Assembly (NCBI GenBank): GCA_040507225.1
Contig: JBEVVG010000001.1
Location: 337,054-401,053 of the forward strand
DNA from: Candidatus Thiodiazotropha sp.
GTDB lineage: Bacteria > Pseudomonadota > Gammaproteobacteria > Chromatiales > Chromatiaceae
Direction: 5' to 3'
Length of the DNA stretch: 64,000 nucleotides
Below, piece by piece: positions 47,259-57,173 of this stretch. The translations under genes were made by a program, and so were the position numbers. The notes beneath the pieces were generated by a model. That model was given only the letters and a program-made list of their open reading frames with translations. It was not told the DNA's origin and searched no databases. The stretch's first letter is position 1; every line of letters starts with the position of its first letter.

Positions 47259-48035
47259 ATGAAACCAGTTTTTTTACAGAGCCTGATCGGCGCTGCCCTC
47301 TCAGTGCTCATCATGCCCCCGGTTATTGCGGATGATGGCGTGCCTAATGAAGTGCAGCAGAAGATACGCCTGGGGGTCGAGGGGATCGTCAAGGACGCGC
47401 AGATCACCAGCATTCAGCAATCCGCTGTCGATGGCCTGTATGAGGTGATGCTGGGAACCCAGATGGTCTATGTCACCGGAGACGGCCGCTACCTTCTCAG
47501 TGGCCTGCTGTACGATCTCGCCAAGCGGGAGGACCTGACTTCTCCCAAGGTCGCCCTGGCCAAAGCGCAGGCCATCGAGGCGGTCGGCGAGGACAAAATG
47601 GTGGTGTTTGCGCCGGAGAAAACCCTGCACACGATCACCGTGTTCACTGATATCGATTGTGGATATTGTCGTAAACTGCACGCTGAGATTCAGGACTACA
47701 ACGACCTGGGCATTCGGGTGCGTTACATGATGTATCCAAGGGCAGGTGTCGGCAGCGCGTCCTATGACAAAGCCGTCTCGGTACTCTGTGCCGACGACCC
47801 CAAAGCCGCCATGACCCTGGCCAAGGCGGGCGATGAGATCGAGAAGAAGCAATGCGACAACCCGGTCAAGCAGCACTATGAACTGGGTAAGGACCTGGGT
47901 GTCACCGGCACCCCCGCCATCTTCCTTGAAAGCGGAGACATGCTGCCCGGTTACATGCCGGCGCAGAAGATGAATCAGATCCTGACGAAACTGGATCTCG
48001 AAAAAGCCAAGCAGGCCAACAACAAGACGCAATAG
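47259..48035 (+). CDS. dsbC: Thiol:disulfide interchange protein DsbC
   Basis: Signal peptide from the ATG at 47259 and the CGYC active site (FTDIDCGYCRKLH). The xerD-dsbC neighbourhood matches E. coli. Confidence 0.85.
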   Translation: MKPVFLQSLIGAALSVLIMPPVIADDGVPNEVQQKIRLGVEGIVKDAQITSIQQSAVDGLYEVMLGTQMVYVTGDGRYLLSGLLYDLAKREDLTSPKVALAKAQAIEAVGEDKMVVFAPEKTLHTITVFTDIDCGYCRKLHAEIQDYNDLGIRVRYMMYPRAGVGSASYDKAVSVLCADDPKAAMTLAKAGDEIEKKQCDNPVKQHYELGKDLGVTGTPAIFLESGDMLPGYMPAQKMNQILTKLDLEKAKQANNKTQ

Positions 48036-48081
48036 GCTGCAGCACCCTGCCAGACCGGGGGCGCGGTAACGGGGAATCCGC

Positions 48082-48831
48082 TTGATTTTAGAAGTCGCCA
48101 TGCGTACCGACAGGGGCCGGGTACGGGAACACAATGAAGACGCGGTCGGTGGAGATCCGGAATCGGGTCTGGTGCTGCTGGCCGACGGCATGGGAGGCGC
48201 CAATGCAGGCGAGGTGGCCAGTGGTCTGGCTGTCGACCTGCTGGTGAGTCAGTTGACCAGCCTCCTGTGGGACGGTTTGGAAGTCGGCCAGACGCAGATC
48301 CGGGATGCGGTCGGCTCGGTCAATCAGGCGATTCTCGAGTTGGCTGACCAGGTGTCGGACTATCAGGGCATGGGCACGACGCTGGTGCTGGGGCTGTTTC
48401 TGGAGCAACGGCTGATCTACGCCCATGTGGGGGATTCCCGTCTCTACCGTTGGCGGAAGGGGGCATTGCAGCAGCTGACTCTGGATCATTCGATGATTCA
48501 GGAAATGGTCAATCTTGGGGACTTTTCCTGTATCGAGGAGGCGCTGCTGGCCGGCGTTCCCACCAATGTGCTCTCGCGCGCCCTGGGATCGGATTACCAG
48601 GTGCTGGTCGATGTGGAAGAGATTCGATGGGAGACCGGTGATGTGTATCTGCTGTGCACCGACGGTCTGACCGGCATGGTGACGGATGACGAAATGCAAA
48701 GTATTCTTGAAAACCAGGAATTGAGCCTGTTTGAGCAGGCTGATGCGCTGGTCGACTATGCCTGTCGGATGGGGGGCGTCGATAACATTTCGGTGATACT
48801 GGCCCGTCCACAAGCAGTCTGCGAAGATTGA
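48082..48831 (+). CDS. PP2C-family Ser/Thr protein phosphatase
   Basis: TDRGRVREHNEDA, LLADGMGGANAGEVAS, LCTDGL and DNISVIL motifs. The start is TTG at 48082 or ATG at 48100. Confidence 0.85.
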   Translation: MILEVAMRTDRGRVREHNEDAVGGDPESGLVLLADGMGGANAGEVASGLAVDLLVSQLTSLLWDGLEVGQTQIRDAVGSVNQAILELADQVSDYQGMGTTLVLGLFLEQRLIYAHVGDSRLYRWRKGALQQLTLDHSMIQEMVNLGDFSCIEEALLAGVPTNVLSRALGSDYQVLVDVEEIRWETGDVYLLCTDGLTGMVTDDEMQSILENQELSLFEQADALVDYACRMGGVDNISVILARPQAVCED

Positions 48832-48848
48832 GTAAATTGAATACCTAG

Positions 48849-49604
48849 GTGTATGACGGAATGGAAAAACTCGTTATTTTGGGTGATGATGGCACGCCGC
48901 AAGAGTTCGAGCTTTTACAAAGGCGCATGTCGATCGGGCGGGATGCCGCGTGTGATATCTGTCTGGGGGATCGCTCGGTCAGTCGTCACCATGCAAGCCT
49001 GCTGCGCGTCTACCAGGGATTTTCCATCGAGGATGAGCGCAGCACCAATGGCACCCGGGTCAACGGCTCGATTGTCACCAAGCGGTTTCTCAAGCATGGC
49101 GACCTGATCGAGATCGGCAAATACAGCCTGCGCTACATCGCCCAGGTCGCACCTCAGGATGAGGATCCGGATCGTACTGTGGTGCTCAAACCCCGATCCA
49201 TGGCCGCACCGCCGGCTGAATCCGCTCAATCCCCTCAGTCGGAAACCCCGGCAAACCCCTCTGGCGTTTCAGCGAGTGAGCGCAGGCCCGCTCCAGCAAG
49301 CCCCGCCGCCGCTCAAACCGAAGCGCAGCCGGATTCCCAACTGGCATCGAGCGCCCGGGTGAAATTCATGGCGGGTGATCAAAGCGGGGAAGAGCGGGTG
49401 ATTGACCGGGCTTTTTTCAGCGTGGGCAATCCTGGTGGCGACCTGGTATTGATCAATCAACGCCACAATGGCTACTACCTGCTGAAAGTCGGTGGTGAGA
49501 ACACCCCGATGATCAATGGCCAACCCATCAAGGCCGGCGGGGTCGCCTTGAAAGACGGCGACAACATCACCCTCGGCGAACTGTCACTGAAATTTCTCGA
49601 TTAG
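48849..49604 (+). CDS. FHA-domain protein (canonical N-terminal FHA, low-complexity linker, degenerate C-terminal FHA-like domain)
   Basis: MSIGRDAACDICLGDRSVSRHHASL...STNGTRVNG...L.HGDLIEIG is a canonical FHA domain. The C-terminus ...NGQPIKAGGVALKDGDNITLGELSLKF is FHA-like. The start is GTG at 48849 or ATG at 48861. Confidence 0.8.
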   Translation: MYDGMEKLVILGDDGTPQEFELLQRRMSIGRDAACDICLGDRSVSRHHASLLRVYQGFSIEDERSTNGTRVNGSIVTKRFLKHGDLIEIGKYSLRYIAQVAPQDEDPDRTVVLKPRSMAAPPAESAQSPQSETPANPSGVSASERRPAPASPAAAQTEAQPDSQLASSARVKFMAGDQSGEERVIDRAFFSVGNPGGDLVLINQRHNGYYLLKVGGENTPMINGQPIKAGGVALKDGDNITLGELSLKFLD

Positions 49605-49740
49605 CCGATTTTCCCTAATCCGCCGCGCCGGTTTATTTTTCCCGAAATCCCTGTGCAACTGCACCCCTGTCGTCGAGCGGGACTGGAGGGTGGATTCCGC
49701 CGTCCGGGACTCTGGATGATGCCGGCTACAGCGGATCCGT

Positions 49741-49950
49741 TCAGTCCTTGAGCCGGAAGCCAATGTTCAGGGTGACCTGCCAGTGAGAAACCTGGCCGTC
49801 CTCGATGTGGCCACGGGTTTCCACCACCTCGAACCAGTTCATGTTGCTGATGGTTTCATTGGCCCGGGCAATGGCGTTGCGAATGGCGTCGTCGGTGCTG
49901 GTGGTCGATGAACCCACCAGTTGTATCTTTTTGTAAACGTGATCGCTCAT
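49741..49950 (-). CDS. Dodecin-family flavin-binding protein
   Basis: 69 aa. [49 protein letters not shown]. Confidence 0.8.
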   Translation of the reverse strand: MSDHVYKKIQLVGSSTTSTDDAIRNAIARANETISNMNWFEVVETRGHIEDGQVSHWQVTLNIGFRLKD

Positions 49951-50014
49951 GATATCTCCTCAAGTGATGTGGACTGCGATATGACCGCTTTCATCCTGCA
50001 GGGGCCAACAAGGA

Positions 50015-52603
50015 TTACGACGGATCGGACCCTAACTGCTGTTTGAGTCGGTAGAGTGTTTCCAGCGCCTGTCGCGGAGTCAAATCGTCAGGATCGACCG
50101 CCTCGAGCATGCGTTCCACCGCCGATGGTTCCGAGGCGTCGGGAATGGCATCGAACAGGGGCAATTGACTCTGCTGCTGGTCCGCATGACGCTGAGCGCT
50201 GGCTTCCAGTTCTTGAAGTCTGCGGCGGGCCATATGTATCACCGTTTTGGGTACCCCGGCCAGGGTGGCGACCTGCAGGCCATAGCTCTGATTCGCCGGC
50301 CCCTCTCTCACCGCATGTAGAAATACGATGCTGTCGCCATGCTCGACCGCATCGAGGTGCAGGTTGGCGATTCCCGGGTGTTCATCCGGCAGTGTGGTGA
50401 GTTCGAAATAGTGGGTGGCGAACAGCGTGAAGGCGCGTAACCGGGTCGCCAGTTCAACCGCACAGGCCCAGGCCAGGGACAGACCATCGAAGGTTGAAGT
50501 GCCGCGACCGATCTCATCCATCAGCACCAGGCTCTGGTCCGTGGCGTTGTGCAGAATGTTCGCGGTTTCCTCCATCTCCACCATGAACGTGGAGCGTCCA
50601 CCGGCCAGGTCGTCGGATGCGCCGATGCGGGAAAAGATCCGGTCGATCGGGCCGAGTCTGGCGGCGCCGGCGGGTACAAAGCTCCCGGCATAGGCGAGCA
50701 GGGTGATGATCGCGGTTTGACGCATGAAGGTGGACTTGCCGCCCATATTCGGTCCGGTGACGATGAGCATGCGCAGGTTCGGATTCAGACTGACGCTGTT
50801 GGCGACAAACGGGTTCTGGCTGACCTGTTCAACCACCGGGTGGCGACCGTCGCGGATTTCCAGGCCCGGGTCATCCACCAGTTCGGGGCGCACCAGGGAG
50901 AGGGCGTCGGCGCGTTCCGCCAGGTTGCATAGTGCATCCAGGGTCGCCAGTCCCTCCGCACAGCGCTGCAAAGGCGCCAGTGCGCTGCCCAGGGTGTCGA
51001 GCAACTGTTCGTAGAGATGTTTTTCCCGCGCCAGAGAGCGCTCACGGGCACTCAAGACCTGGTCTTCGAACTTTTTCAGTTCCGGGGTGATGAATCGTTC
51101 CGCGCCCTTCAGGGTTTGACGACGGATGTAGTCATCCGGCGCCCTGTAGGATTGACTCCGGCTGATTTCGATGTAGTAACCATGCACCCGGTTATAGCTG
51201 ACCTTGAGATTCGACAGGCCGGTACGCTCACGTTCCCGCTGTTCCAGGTCGAGCAGGAACTGATCTGCGTTCTGTGACAGGGCGCGAAGTTCATCCAACT
51301 CCGGGTCATAGCCGGTTGCGACCACACCGCCGTCCCGGATCAGCATCGGGGGGTGTTCGATGATCGCCTGCTGCAGCAACCCCTGTTGTTGCGGATGCTC
51401 ACCGATTTCCAGGCACAGGGAGCGGGTCAGGGGGGCGTCGAGTTGGCACAGCAGGGCTTGCAGCCGGGGCAACATGGCCAGGGTATCGCGCAGGGTCGCC
51501 AGATCTCTGGGACGGGCGCTTTTCAGGGCGACGCGTGCGAGGATGCGTTCAATATCGCCAATACCCTTGAGTAGTTCCTGGATGGCTTGAAACAGGTCAC
51601 TCTCCAACAGGCTCTGAAGGGTGGCGTGACGCTGGGTCACCGAAGAGCGGTCACGCAGGGGCTGGCTGATCCAGCGGCGCAGCATGCGGCTGCCCATCGC
51701 GGTCACGGTGCGGTCCAGGATCCCTGCGAGGGTGTGCTGTGGCTGGTCGCTCAGGGAGTGCACCAGTTCCAGATTCCGCCGTGTGGCCGCATCGATGATG
51801 ATACTGTCATTGCGATGTTCAACCCGCAGTCCGCGGATATGCGGCAGGCCGCCGAACTGGGTCTCTTCCACATACTGTAACAGACAGCCGGCGGCGCCCA
51901 CCGCCCAGGGCAGGGGTTCGCAGCCGAATCCGCCCAGGTCCCGGGTGCCGAACTGGCGGCTCAGGAGGTGCACGGCCGAGTCGCTGTCAAAGTGCCAGGC
52001 CGGGCGCCGGGTGATGCCGCAACGGAGGCTGAGGGATTCCGCCAGCCGGGAATCCTCATCCAGCAGGAGTTCCGCCGGCGCCAGTCGTTCCAACTCGCTG
52101 CGCAGCGCCTCCTCACCCTGCACCTGCATTACCGAAAAACGACCGCTGGCCAGGTCGAGCACCGCGAGTCCCAGTTCGTCGCCCTGTTCGTTGACCGCCA
52201 TCAGCAGGTTTTCGCGTCGTTCCTCGAGCAGCGCCTCGTCCGTGAGGGTGCCCGGTGTGACGATGCGCACCACCTTGCGCTCAACCGGGCCCTTGCTGGT
52301 GGCGGGATCGCCAATCTGCTCGCAGATCGCCACCGACTCGCCCTGTCTGACCAGTCGGGCGAGATAGCCCTCGGCGGCATGATAGGGGACTCCCGCCATG
52401 GGGATGGGCTGGCCGGCGGATTGACCCCGCTTGGTCAGGGTGATGTCCAGCAGGCGGGCCGCCTTCTCGGCGTCGGCATAGAACAGTTCGTAGAAATCCC
52501 CCATCCGGTAAAACACCAGCATATCGGGGTGCTCCCGCTTGATGCTCAGATACTGCTGCATCATGGGGGTGTGCTGGGGTGTGTCTGGACGAGGCTGGGC
52601 CAT
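50015..52603 (-). CDS. mutS: DNA mismatch repair protein MutS
   Basis: 862 aa. [10 protein letters not shown]...[14 protein letters not shown], Walker [10 protein letters not shown] and DEIGRGTST. Confidence 0.95.
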   Translation of the reverse strand: MAQPRPDTPQHTPMMQQYLSIKREHPDMLVFYRMGDFYELFYADAEKAARLLDITLTKRGQSAGQPIPMAGVPYHAAEGYLARLVRQGESVAICEQIGDPATSKGPVERKVVRIVTPGTLTDEALLEERRENLLMAVNEQGDELGLAVLDLASGRFSVMQVQGEEALRSELERLAPAELLLDEDSRLAESLSLRCGITRRPAWHFDSDSAVHLLSRQFGTRDLGGFGCEPLPWAVGAAGCLLQYVEETQFGGLPHIRGLRVEHRNDSIIIDAATRRNLELVHSLSDQPQHTLAGILDRTVTAMGSRMLRRWISQPLRDRSSVTQRHATLQSLLESDLFQAIQELLKGIGDIERILARVALKSARPRDLATLRDTLAMLPRLQALLCQLDAPLTRSLCLEIGEHPQQQGLLQQAIIEHPPMLIRDGGVVATGYDPELDELRALSQNADQFLLDLEQRERERTGLSNLKVSYNRVHGYYIEISRSQSYRAPDDYIRRQTLKGAERFITPELKKFEDQVLSARERSLAREKHLYEQLLDTLGSALAPLQRCAEGLATLDALCNLAERADALSLVRPELVDDPGLEIRDGRHPVVEQVSQNPFVANSVSLNPNLRMLIVTGPNMGGKSTFMRQTAIITLLAYAGSFVPAGAARLGPIDRIFSRIGASDDLAGGRSTFMVEMEETANILHNATDQSLVLMDEIGRGTSTFDGLSLAWACAVELATRLRAFTLFATHYFELTTLPDEHPGIANLHLDAVEHGDSIVFLHAVREGPANQSYGLQVATLAGVPKTVIHMARRRLQELEASAQRHADQQQSQLPLFDAIPDASEPSAVERMLEAVDPDDLTPRQALETLYRLKQQLGSDPS

Positions 52604-52612
52604 GCGCCGGGC

Positions 52613-52894
52613 CTATTCGTAGGTGTAGTGTTTTTCCACTGGTTTGAGTACTTCCCAGGTGCATTGCAGACCTGCGGGGAAAGTCACCAAATCACCTCGC
52701 TGAAAGGTCTGGGGTTCACCTCCCGCGGGGGTGACGATGACCTTGCCGCGCACGAAGTAGCAGATTTCGGTGCGCTCGTAGGACCAGTCGAAGGTCGAGA
52801 CCTCCTTGCTCCAGACAGGCCAGTCGTAGACACCCTGAATCTCGAGTTTCATGGAGGAGGGGCGGTGTTCGCAGAGGATTTGTAGTTCGGTCAT
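52613..52894 (-). CDS. Small cupin (DUF861/cupin_3-like)
   Basis: 93 aa. ...WSKEVSTFDWSYERTEICYFVRGKVIVTP.GGEP..F.RGDLVTFPAGL.C.W.V...V.KHY. It lies 9 nt upstream of mutS on the same strand. Confidence 0.7.
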   Translation of the reverse strand: MTELQILCEHRPSSMKLEIQGVYDWPVWSKEVSTFDWSYERTEICYFVRGKVIVTPAGGEPQTFQRGDLVTFPAGLQCTWEVLKPVEKHYTYE

Positions 52895-53248
52895 GGCATC
52901 CTGCGGGCGGCTGGTTCACCCGGAATCAAGGCTTGTTGGAGTCGTAAAGGAAAGCGATCCCGGATCCGGAGCCGCAAAACTGACCGGGAAGTGTACCGCG
53001 AAAGTGCGCCGAGGTTAATCTCGAGGGCTGTCGATCCGTCGAGGTTCGGGTGTTGCGGGGTTCTCAGCGGGAGAATGCCTGGCTCCGTCCGTGTTTTCTT
53101 GCACGAAGAGGGAATGGGCCAATCCACACCGGATGAAGCGTGCCAGGTTCGGGACCCGGCAGGATCCCGATTCTAAATTCGCCGCGGCCAGCGATCCTTA
53201 TTTGAACAGGGCGTGATACTGCCGTCTCATCAGGGCATTGGCGTTCGT

Positions 53249-54283
53249 TTAGCCGGTTTTCACGGATGGTTCCGCGTCTCCCTCTGGACAATGCGCCTGC
53301 ACCAGATCGAGAAACTGTCGGGTGCAGGCCTCCCAGGAGAACTGTTCCGCATACGCCCGGCAACTGACCCGGTCCACGTCCAGGGCGCGTTCCACGGCGA
53401 TCTTCAGATCCTCATCGAGCCAGCCGTTGACCCCGTTCTGCACAACGTCCAGCGGGCCTTCCACCGGATAGGCGGCCACGGGCACCCCGCAGGCCATGGC
53501 CTCGAGCATGACCAGGCCGAAGGTGTCGGTGAGACTGGGGAACACCATTACGTCTGCGGAAGCCAGCAATCCGGCAAGATCGCCGTTCTCCCGGTAGCCG
53601 AGAAAGTGCGCGCCGGGATAGCGCTGCTTGAGTTCCGCGAGGGCCGGGCCGTGACCGATCACCACCTTCGAACCGGGAAAGTCGATATCCAGGAAGTCGC
53701 GGATGTTCTTCTCCACCGCCACCCGTCCGAGATACACCGCGATTGGTCCGGGGAGTTCCTTCAGTACACTCTCCCGGGGGATGAAGTGATCAATGTCGAC
53801 ACCCCTCGTCCAGTAGTCGAGGTTATTGAATCCATGCGCTTCCAGGGTCTCCTTCATCGAGCGTGTCGCCACCATGGTAACCGCCGCCTTGCTGTGAAAG
53901 GTTCTGACAAAGGCATAGGAGAGGGACAGGGGGATCGGCGCACGCAATCTCACATACTCGGGGAAGCGGGTGTGATAGGTGGTCGTGTAGGGGAAGTCGT
54001 TTCGCAGGCAGTAACGCCGTCCGGCCCAGCCGATGGGACCTTCGGTCGACAGGTGTATGGCATCGGGCTGGAACTCCTCCAGCAACCGTTTCACCCTGGC
54101 ATAGGGAAACAGTGACAGGGGAATGTCCGGATAGGTGGGAGTGGGCAGTGTGCGGAACAGGCCCGGGTTGATGCACAGAATTTCATGCCCCCAGCTTTCC
54201 AGCAGTGAAATGGTTTTGTTGAGCGTCCTTACGACGCCGTTAACTTGTGGGAACCACGCGTCCGTCAGTATCGCTATCCGCAT
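53249..54283 (-). CDS. Family-4 (GT-B) glycosyltransferase, candidate diacylglycerol glycosyltransferase (Agt-like)
   Basis: 344 aa. MRIAILTD.WFPQVNGVVRT and ...FPS.TDTFGLVMLEAMACG.PVAA. It sits immediately downstream of the metallophosphoesterase gene. Confidence 0.8.
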   Translation of the reverse strand: MRIAILTDAWFPQVNGVVRTLNKTISLLESWGHEILCINPGLFRTLPTPTYPDIPLSLFPYARVKRLLEEFQPDAIHLSTEGPIGWAGRRYCLRNDFPYTTTYHTRFPEYVRLRAPIPLSLSYAFVRTFHSKAAVTMVATRSMKETLEAHGFNNLDYWTRGVDIDHFIPRESVLKELPGPIAVYLGRVAVEKNIRDFLDIDFPGSKVVIGHGPALAELKQRYPGAHFLGYRENGDLAGLLASADVMVFPSLTDTFGLVMLEAMACGVPVAAYPVEGPLDVVQNGVNGWLDEDLKIAVERALDVDRVSCRAYAEQFSWEACTRQFLDLVQAHCPEGDAEPSVKTG

Positions 54284-55076
54284 AATCCGCTTCTTTCCTG
54301 TCCAGTAGTTGCATGGATTCGTCGACCCAGTGGATCAACTTGAGGCTGCCATCGGGTTCTTCAGCGAGGGCGGTGCAGCTCTCCACCCAGTCGCCGCAGT
54401 TGGCATAGGTCACGCCGTCCATCTCACTGATCACGGCATGGTGAATGTGGCCGCAGATCACACCATCGAGCTTTTGCTCCCGGGCGGCATGCACCACGGC
54501 CTTTTCGAAGTTACTGATGTATTTCACCGCCTCCTTGACCTGGGCCTTGAGATAGGCGGACAGAGACCAGTAACCAAACCCCAGGCGCCTGCGCGCCACG
54601 TTGAACCAGCGGTTCAGCCACAACAGCAGATCGTAAGCGTCGCTGCCGAGGTGGGCGAGCCACTTGTTGTTCATTACCACGCCATCGAATTCGTCTCCGT
54701 GAAGTACCAGGAAACGCCGCCCATCCGAAGTTTGGTGGACCACCTTGGGACGAATATCCACGCCGGAGAAATGAAAGTTGTGGTAGTCGCGCAGGGTTTC
54801 ATCGTGGTTGCCGGGGACATAGATGACCCGGGTGCCACGTTTCGCCTTGTTGATGATCTCGTGAATGATCTCGTTGTTGATTGATGGCCAGTACCAGCCG
54901 GAGCGCATTTTCCAGATATCCAGAATGTCACCGACCAGGTAAAGGTTGTCGCTTTCGGTGTGTTTGAGAAAGTCGAGCAGGTATTCGGTTCGGGCCGCTC
55001 GCAGACCCAGGTGGGTGTCGGAAATGAACAGGCTTTTGTATTTCAGTGTCGACATGAGGTTTCCCGGTTCGTTCAC
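54240..55076 (-). CDS. LpxH-like metallophosphoesterase, candidate phospholipase C PlcP
   Basis: SLFISDTHLG, YLVGDILD, VPGNHDE, VLHGDEFD and CGHIHH metallophosphoesterase motifs. The start is GTG at 55076 or ATG at 55055. It overlaps the GT start by 44 nt. Confidence 0.7.
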   Translation of the reverse strand: MNEPGNLMSTLKYKSLFISDTHLGLRAARTEYLLDFLKHTESDNLYLVGDILDIWKMRSGWYWPSINNEIIHEIINKAKRGTRVIYVPGNHDETLRDYHNFHFSGVDIRPKVVHQTSDGRRFLVLHGDEFDGVVMNNKWLAHLGSDAYDLLLWLNRWFNVARRRLGFGYWSLSAYLKAQVKEAVKYISNFEKAVVHAAREQKLDGVICGHIHHAVISEMDGVTYANCGDWVESCTALAEEPDGSLKLIHWVDESMQLLDRKEADYADSDTDGRVVPTS

Positions 55077-55112
55077 TGGCTGCGCACCTTAGTGGCTGGC
55101 GATTGCGGTTTT

Positions 55113-55141
55113 GTGAGAGGATGATTATTTATTTGTGACAG
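55113..55141 (-). promoter_or_regulatory. Pho-box-like repeats upstream of the metallophosphoesterase gene
   Basis: The minus strand reads CTGTCAC-aaat-AAATAAT-catc-CTCTCAC-aaaa, i.e. 7-mers with 11-bp periodicity. The outer two match the CTGTCAT-type PhoB half-site. Confidence 0.3.
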
Positions 55142-55194
55142 GCACGATCCATGTCTCGATTTATATCCCGCAAACTGGTAGAAGAAGCACCCGT

Positions 55195-55563
55195 ATGGTG
55201 ATGCAAAACGAAAGCAACGTCGGTTTCCGGCGCCTGGTCAACGCCTTGCGCTTTTCCATGAAGGGTTTCCGTTCGACCTACAAGAACGAGGAAGCTTTTC
55301 GCCAGGAAGTATTGCTGACGATTATTCTGTTTCCGCTTGGTCTGTGGCTGGGAAACGATGCGGTTGAACGCATACTGCTGGTCGGTCCCCTGTTAATCGT
55401 GCTGATCGTCGAACTGTTGAACAGCGCCATCGAGAGCGTGGTCGATCGCATCAGCACGGAAACGCACAAGCTGTCCGGGCGCGCCAAGGATCAGGGATCC
55501 GCCGCTGTCATGGTGTCCCTGATGCTGGTGGCGATAAGCTGGATTCTGGTGCTGTTTTTCTGA
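55195..55563 (+). CDS. dgkA: Diacylglycerol kinase
   Basis: 122 aa from the ATG at 55195. ...NEEAFRQE..., VELLNSAIE.VVDRIS.E.H.LSGRAKD.GSAAV is collinear with E. coli DgkA. Confidence 0.9.
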   Translation: MVMQNESNVGFRRLVNALRFSMKGFRSTYKNEEAFRQEVLLTIILFPLGLWLGNDAVERILLVGPLLIVLIVELLNSAIESVVDRISTETHKLSGRAKDQGSAAVMVSLMLVAISWILVLFF

Positions 55564-55680
55564 TTGCCCGAAAGTCCTCGAATAGCGTATTTTGCAGGGG
55601 ACTTTCGGATCGATGTTAATAGGCCCGATCACGGGTTCCAGGGTCAATGGGATGCGCGGTATTACACGAGTGAGGTGACA

Positions 55681-56670
55681 ATGCGAGAACTGATGCTGCT
55701 CAGACACGGAAAGTCGGACTGGGCCGAACAGGTGGAGGATTTCAAGCGGCCACTCAAGGACCGGGGTCGGCGTGGTGCACAATTGATCGGTGTCTGGCTG
55801 CTGCAGCAGCAATTGAAACCCGACTACGTCATCAGTTCACCTGCGGTGCGTGCGATCGATACCGCGGACAAGACCGTCAAGGTCATGGGCATGGACTTCG
55901 AATCCATCATCCAGGACCGGCGTATCTATGCGGCCCGTCTGGAAGACCTCCTGCAGGTGCTCTCGGGGATTCCAGAAACCGCGCAGAGGGTGCTTCTGGT
56001 CGGGCATAACCCGGGCTTGGAAATCCTTGCGGAGTATCTCGAAGGCGAGCGGATCGCCCTGCCCAAGGACGGTAAGCTGATCCCCACCGCGACCCTGGCG
56101 CGGCTCCGCATGCCCGACGACTGGAGTGAGTTGAAGTCCGGAGACGGTTCGCTGCGGGAAATCACCCGTGCCAGCAACCTGGGTAATCGATTCCCGTATC
56201 CGGACCACAACGGCAAGGAATTGCGAGAACGCCCCGCCTACTACTATCGCCAATCGGCGGTCATTCCCTATCGGATCCACGACGCTAAACCCGAAATCCT
56301 GGTGGTCGGCTCACACAAACAGAAACACTGGGTAATACCCAAAGGCATCATCGAGCCGGGTATGAGCCTGCAGGCATCGGCGGCCAAAGAGGCCCTGGAG
56401 GAGGCGGGTGTCACCGGCGAGGTGGGCGAGCAGGCGCTCGGTGAGTACGAGTACAAGAAATGGGGGGGTGTCTGCAGCGTCCAGGTCTACCCCATGCGGG
56501 TGGACGAGGTGCTCTCCGAAGATCTCTGGGAGGAGTCGCACCGGGGCCGGGAATGGGTCAGCGGGCAAAAGGCCATTCAACGTGTTGAGTCGTCAGCGCT
56601 GAAAAAGATGATCAAGCAACTGCTGAAAAAGCTGGAGCAGGAACAACCGGCCGAGGCCGGGATGGGGTAG
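55681..56670 (+). CDS. Fusion protein: SixA-type histidine phosphatase plus Nudix hydrolase
   Basis: Starts at the ATG at 55681 (GAGGTG SD). N-terminal half has LMLLRHGKSDW...RPLKDRGRR...VISSPAVRA...LLVGHNPG (RHG phosphatase). C-terminal half has the Nudix box GIIEPGMSLQASAAKEALEEAGVTG. Confidence 0.8.
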   Translation: MRELMLLRHGKSDWAEQVEDFKRPLKDRGRRGAQLIGVWLLQQQLKPDYVISSPAVRAIDTADKTVKVMGMDFESIIQDRRIYAARLEDLLQVLSGIPETAQRVLLVGHNPGLEILAEYLEGERIALPKDGKLIPTATLARLRMPDDWSELKSGDGSLREITRASNLGNRFPYPDHNGKELRERPAYYYRQSAVIPYRIHDAKPEILVVGSHKQKHWVIPKGIIEPGMSLQASAAKEALEEAGVTGEVGEQALGEYEYKKWGGVCSVQVYPMRVDEVLSEDLWEESHRGREWVSGQKAIQRVESSALKKMIKQLLKKLEQEQPAEAGMG

Positions 56671-56672
56671 AC

Positions 56673-57173
56673 GTGGCAGACAGCGATGTCCCTCTGCAGG
56701 CGCTTGCCCAGGGTTGCGCCGAACGACTGTTGTCCAGAGATCAGCGGCTGGTGGTCGCGGAATCCTGCACCGGTGGCTGGCTGGCAAAGGTGCTGACGGA
56801 TCTACCGGGCAGCAGCCAATGGTTCGAGCGGGGCTATGTCACCTACAGTGATTGCTCCAAGCAGGAGATGCTCGGCGTCTCCGCTGAAATCCTGGAACAG
56901 CGGGGCGCGGTTAGCGAGCAGACCGTCGAGGCGATGGTGAGGGGGGCCCTGGAGAAAAGTGGCGCGGATCTCGCCGTGGCTATCAGTGGTATCGCCGGTC
57001 CCGGCGGCGGTTCTGAGGAAAAGCCGGTGGGTACGGTGTGTTTTGCCTGGGAGATGCGCGGGCGAGCGCCGCAGAGTGAGAGACGGTATTTTCCGGGAGA
57101 CCGGGAAGCGGTGCGCCGGCAGGCTACCGGATACGCCATGCAACAGCTGATCGGGATCCTCGAAAGTGAGTGA
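56673..57173 (+). CDS. pncC: Nicotinamide-nucleotide amidohydrolase PncC (CinA C-terminal domain protein)
   Basis: AESCTGGWLAKVLTD.PGSS.WFERG.VTYS...GAVSE..V..M..GAL......AV.ISGIAGP.GG.EEKPVGTV.FA is collinear with E. coli PncC. The gap to the upstream gene is 2 nt. Confidence 0.85.
   Translation: MADSDVPLQALAQGCAERLLSRDQRLVVAESCTGGWLAKVLTDLPGSSQWFERGYVTYSDCSKQEMLGVSAEILEQRGAVSEQTVEAMVRGALEKSGADLAVAISGIAGPGGGSEEKPVGTVCFAWEMRGRAPQSERRYFPGDREAVRRQATGYAMQQLIGILESE

Noticed and set aside
52895-53248. A 354-bp gene-free GC-rich interval between the cupin gene and the glycosyltransferase gene, considered as a possible ncRNA locus.
   Set aside because: I found no recognisable conserved RNA motif, promoter or terminator, and only spurious ORFs. 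It is left unannotated.
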